In this document: in pieces, positions 59,750 through 64,000 of the stretch
Numbering within the stretch: the stretch's first letter is position 1
How the letters are laid out: every line of letters starts with the position of its first letter
From: Narcine bancroftii
Lineage: Eukaryota
Assembly (NCBI RefSeq): GCF_036971445.1
Contig: NC_091471.1
Coordinates: 109,864,001 to 109,928,000 of the forward strand
Direction: 5' to 3'
Length of the DNA stretch: 64,000 bases
The notes under the pieces: model-generated
The model's database searches: none
Told to the model about the DNA's origin: nothing
What the model saw: only the letters and a program-made list of their open reading frames with translations
Translations under genes and position numbers: made by a program

Positions 59750-60145
59750 AGGAGAAAGCCAATTTGAAAGGCCTGGATGGAGTGGATGTGGAGAGGATGT
59801 TTCCTATGGAGGTAGAGTCTAGGTCCAGAGGGAACAGCCTCAAAATACAAAAATGTCCCTTTAGAACAGAGATGAGGATGAATTTTTTTATCCAGAGGGT
59901 GGTGAATTTGTGAAATTCATGATCACGGATGGCTACGTGGGCCAAGTCACTAGGGATATTTAAGGTGGAGGCAGATGTGATATGATCCTGCATGAGATCA
60001 GAAAGGGAATTGCTGATTATGGGGAGAAAGCAGGAGAATGGGGTTGTAAAGAATAGTAAATCAGCCGCGATGAAATGGCAGGATAGACTTGACAGGCCGA
60101 ATAGCCGAATTCCACTCCTATGTTTTATGGTTGGTCTTTATGGTG
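59750..60145 (+). mobile_element. CR1 3' end fragment
   Basis: tttagaacagagatgaggatgaattttttta..cagagggtggtgaatttgtg; CR1-type tail. Confidence 0.8.
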
Positions 60146-61690
60146 TTAAAATCCTTAAGATCAAGTTTGAAAAGAAGTAAATGGTGTGATTCTCAGCCTG
60201 AAAGAAGGGGCTCATGTTGCTCTTTTCTTCCCCCTAGTGGCAGGTTTACGAAGGGCAGACGACTCTGAGCAGGTTTGCTCCAGTCTGAAGTTAATGAAAC
60301 CAAACGTTGGGTTTAGAATATAACCATATAACTCCTAATCTCATAACTAAGACTTTCGAAAGTATGAAAATAGTTAATTGGTTCCATTTTCAGTAGTAGT
60401 TCAAATTTAAAAAAAATGGCAAACATTTTCTATCAGCAAACAACCAAAACAAAATAGGTGGTGAAATGTAAACTAAGAAAAGTAGGAAAGTTAAACAGCA
60501 ACAAATGAGCAACATACCACACACACAATTGTTAATTCCAACAGGGACATATTACTCAATGAGAAATCAGAAAGAATTTTACCACATAAACCATTCCAAA
60601 AATATTGGCTCAGCATGTTTATATGGCCTCATCAGGATTCAATTTCCTTTTGCTGAACAAGGATTAACACATTCACATCAATCCTATTTGCTGTGCCAGA
60701 TTTTTAAAGCCTGCGAGATTAAAAAAAGTACTTTGAATCTGATTGCGCATTCCTATGCACCCAGGGGGCAATGGTCTCAGGGACTGAATCCTCAGATAGG
60801 TTAAATCATAGGTTGTTTGCCGAGAGCAGAATCGCTTGGAGCAATATTTCCTTCTGGGCATATGGAATGCATTCTTTTATGACAATGCCATAAACAGTGA
60901 AACCATGCTTACTGGTGTTAAAGGGCAAATGTTTAACAACAAGCAGTATACATTGCTTAATATATGATCGTCCATTAGTTAACAGAAGATGAATATATCT
61001 GCATGTGGCATCCTTAAATATTTAATGTGGTTCATTTTCAGAGTTATGCCAACAAGCAATAACCATAGTGGTTTATCAATCTACATAATCTCATTTCAGT
61101 TCTGTCCATAAGGAGGGCTTATCACAGTTCTCTGTAATAATAGCCTGAACACCAATGAACACTAGCAAACTACAAACCTCCAAAAGACCCAGTTAATGTT
61201 TAACTATTTAGCAGAAACCCAGAGTAGAAATGTGTCCTTTCATTACTGCACTAAAAACGTCATGTTTCTCACTTCATAGGTGATTCACAAACACTTTGTC
61301 GATTGTTTGGTCCTCCCAACCCAGAAAGTTCTTAAACACCACCAAGCTGACCATCTACTCACCTCCTGTAAAATGTACCCTCTGAATATTAAATCTCAAC
61401 CCTTTACCTACTTCAATGCCTGAACTTAACAACAGCACCTCCTCATCAATCCCAGGCATCTAATTGTCACTTCTAACCTTTTAAACGTCAATATTTTCCA
61501 GAAACATACAGGGTTGATAAGTTAATTTGTCACAAGGGTGTAATTGGCTGGTGTGAACTTCTGGGCCAGAAGGGCCTGTTAATGTGCTGCATTTCTCCCT
61601 CGCTCTAAACATATATAAAAATAATTTGGCTACCACCAAACCTCCCTTGAACCTTAATCTCCAAAGATACCTTATGCCTGCTTCCAATTT

Positions 61691-61918
61691 AAAGGTAAAG
61701 GTTCCATTATTAGAATGTAATACTACATTTAGAATATAACATACATGAAATTCTTTAACTTTTTGTCTACTGTAAGGCAGTCGCCACTTTTCCCAGTGCC
61801 CCTCACAGCAACCTACAGCACCTGGTGTTCCTACGCAGTCTCCCCTCCAAGAACTGACCAGTCCTTTGTCTGCTTAGCTTCTGAGATCAGACAATCCCAG
61901 ACATTCAGGCTATTTAGG
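61691..61918 (-). mobile_element. 5S rRNA-derived SINE (SINE3-type) or 5S pseudogene with an added tail
   Basis: Minus strand 61918-61810 (gtctgatctcagaagctaagcag..ctggtcagttcttggaggggagac..ggaacaccaggtgctgtagg) aligns with vertebrate 5S rRNA; followed by a ~120-nt tail ending in (ccttta)-like repeats. Confidence 0.8.
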
Positions 61919-62293
61919 TGCTGTTTACCTGATTCTCTTTAGGCTCTTTGCCAAAGGAAAGCCTTTTGAATGTGTAAGGTCCTTTCAGTTGTGCACTCTA
62001 CTGATTGTCTCTCTTCTTTATTAACCAATTCATTAGTGTACATTGACCATTGCTGACCAATTTCTAGCCTTTTTTTCCCCCCCAACACTTATTTTGGGTT
62101 GTGCCCCAAATTCTCTTTAAGCATCAAGAATAATTAAGCATTTAAGATACTAGCATACAGCACACCAATGATTAATGACATCACATTATTTAATATCATA
62201 AAACTAAATATGCATCTGTTATTACGAATAGGACATTTATTGTTCATATTCATAGGTACCAGAGATTGTGAAACTTATTTCATTCAGACATAC

Positions 62294-62517
62294 TTCAGCT
62301 CTTCAGATTCCAATTGCTTAGTATCTTTCCAGTGCCATTTCTCCAATCTGTTCCTCTCGGCCTCATCCCAGTTTTCCTCTTGTCCATTCTCATCCTTTGA
62401 GTTCAGTGCTTCTTCTTGCTTCCACATTGATCTCTCATTTTTTTCCTTCTGGCTTTGATGTTCTTCAGTCATCATTCCTCCCCCATCTCTTTTCTGGCAA
62501 CTATCTATTTCCACCAT
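62294..62517 (-). CDS. LIMCH1: LIMCH1 internal coding exon (MVEIDSCQKR...ESEELK), 224 nt, phase 0/2
   Basis: ttaacAG acceptor, GTatgt donor, open charged low-complexity frame; phases join exactly to both neighbouring exons. Confidence 0.8.
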
Positions 62518-63364
62518 CTGTTAATTCAGGACATTTACAAATCAAGGTATTTTTTTTAACATTTATTTTTGATGGCTTAATGACACACAAAATGCTACAA
62601 ACGCTGACCTGCTGACTGCACCAATAAAAAGAAACAGGCAAATTAGCCATCAAAGTTATTCTCAATCAGAACAATTTTCTTTCTTCATCTGAATCCTCCA
62701 CAAATTCGCCATTTGAGAAGTTTGAAATGAACTATTTGGAGAAGAACCACCTATGTATGCTCAGAAGCACTGCTAAAAGACTCAACCAGTGAGTTACTAC
62801 AACTTTGGCAGACACCCTAGTAATATACTTTAGTGGGGTATCTGAGAAAATACTGGTGATTCTTGTTGCCATCTTAGGTTTAATTTTAGTTGATTAAAAT
62901 CAGCAAACACAGGTCAGGATGGTAATATTGTGCTTCATTACTGAAGCTACTGGTCTCCTCATGGGAACATCTTCTTTTGTTAACATGATACATTTCATGA
63001 TCATTTCTAGAGCGTGCACTTTCTAACAAGTTGATGTACATACAATATTTAAAATTTGCTGCTGATGTCTAATCTCATTTGATGATGTGGCAGATTATAT
63101 TAATTTTGGATCTGTCATGTCCAGGAAGGAAATCATAGGATTAAAAACAAATATTCTCCCCTCTTCCTCCCAAGTTTAAAGTTCTAACTACTTGACTTTA
63201 AGATTTGGTGGGATTTTTACAATATGTTAATAAACAAGTTGCATTCAAGAGACTCCAATGGCTAAGGATTTTTATTTTTTGCAGACAGAAATTTGTTAAG
63301 GATATTTGTAATGTTACGTACAGAATTTAAATATTCCAATAGACTTAACCAGTTGCAAGTCTAC

Positions 63365-63502
63365 CTGCTTTCTTTCCTCATCTGTGTCCTCAGAATTCTT
63401 AATTTCCTCAGTTTTTGAAAAGGAGAGCCACTCAGAGGGAAGTTGGATGGGCAGTGATCGTGGAGTCAGTGGAGTCACCGTTTCTTGAATGATTTTACGT
63501 TC
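63365..63502 (-). CDS. LIMCH1: LIMCH1 internal coding exon (ERKIIQETVTPLTPRS...DEERKQ), 138 nt, phase 0/0; gene continues upstream beyond the window
   Basis: ttttgtgcAG acceptor and GTagac donor; starts like the ERKIIEDTVVPFT segment of vertebrate LIMCH1 as I recall it; phase matches the next exon. Confidence 0.85.
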
Positions 63503-64000
63503 CTGCACAAAAATGGAAGTGAAGCGTCATTGCTCATTTTTCTAGCAGAGTTTAAGGTTTTCCCAACAATTCAAAATGGTTTTCAATTCAGTCAAGAAAT
63601 ACAAACCTTTTCTTATAAAAATAATTAATTGGAGAAGCATATTCTGCAATATTCATGTACACTTTCGGAACATAGGCTCATTTAGTTTGTATCCAGCTTA
63701 TACTTGATCAATAAATTGTGCTACACGATATAGACAACACATTCCTGCTATTTTTGAGTCCATCACTGGATCTTGAAAATTACCCAAGGAAGCCCATTTC
63801 TCATTTTTATCTGAAGATATTCTGATGCTGGGGGACAGATTCCAAGTACCGGCTGCTTTCCTCTACCTTGTCAAAGCGACATCAGGTGCCAGTCCTGATG
63901 CTAAATGTCAGTCCATATACTTTTTCTGCACAGCTAAACATAATCTGTTCTTAAAGTGCAAGAGGTAACATCAATGGACTATTTGCTTTCCATGAAATTG

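Noticed and set aside
61810-61918. Functional 5S rRNA gene
   Set aside because: Diverged, 5' end damaged, solitary, no oligo-T terminator and followed by a retroposon-like tail
62284-62517. Stand-alone small genes from ORF-track entries 62284-62517, 63314-63508, 59455-59658 and 58162-58455
   Set aside because: Each contains a splice-bounded LIMCH1 exon; ORF starts and stops mostly lie in introns, and the ATG at 62517 is simply the first codon of an internal exon
62600-63300. Additional coding exon between the 62294 and 63365 exons
   Set aside because: I found no sustained open frame with convincing splice sites, and the flanking exons already join in phase

Overview
Eukaryotic, repeat-dense vertebrate DNA. 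The mix of CR1, L1, Penelope, RTE and SINE families suggests a cartilaginous fish, possibly a ray (inference). The only host gene I can support is the 3' end of LIMCH1 on the minus strand. It has eight phase-consistent GT-AG coding exons from 63502 down to the stop at 43169-43171, encoding the C-terminal LIM domain and ending ...SRTAGQPTTL*, followed by a long repeat-poor putative 3' UTR. The rest is intron or downstream intergenic DNA packed with nested transposable elements: CR1, L1, L2, RTE and Rex-like LINEs, Penelope remnants, tRNA- and 5S-derived SINEs, a full-length decayed Gypsy element, a second Gypsy 5' fragment, two solo LTRs, hAT, Tc1/mariner and PIF-like non-autonomous DNA elements, and a 42-bp minisatellite. 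The most notable observation concerns the two dissimilar Gypsy elements. Both lack a tRNA primer-binding site and instead carry, right after the 5' LTR, a 14-16 nt reverse complement of their own LTR poly(A)-signal segment at the same spacing. This suggests self-priming and/or poly(A) occlusion. Coordinates were counted by hand; boundaries of degenerate repeats are approximate.
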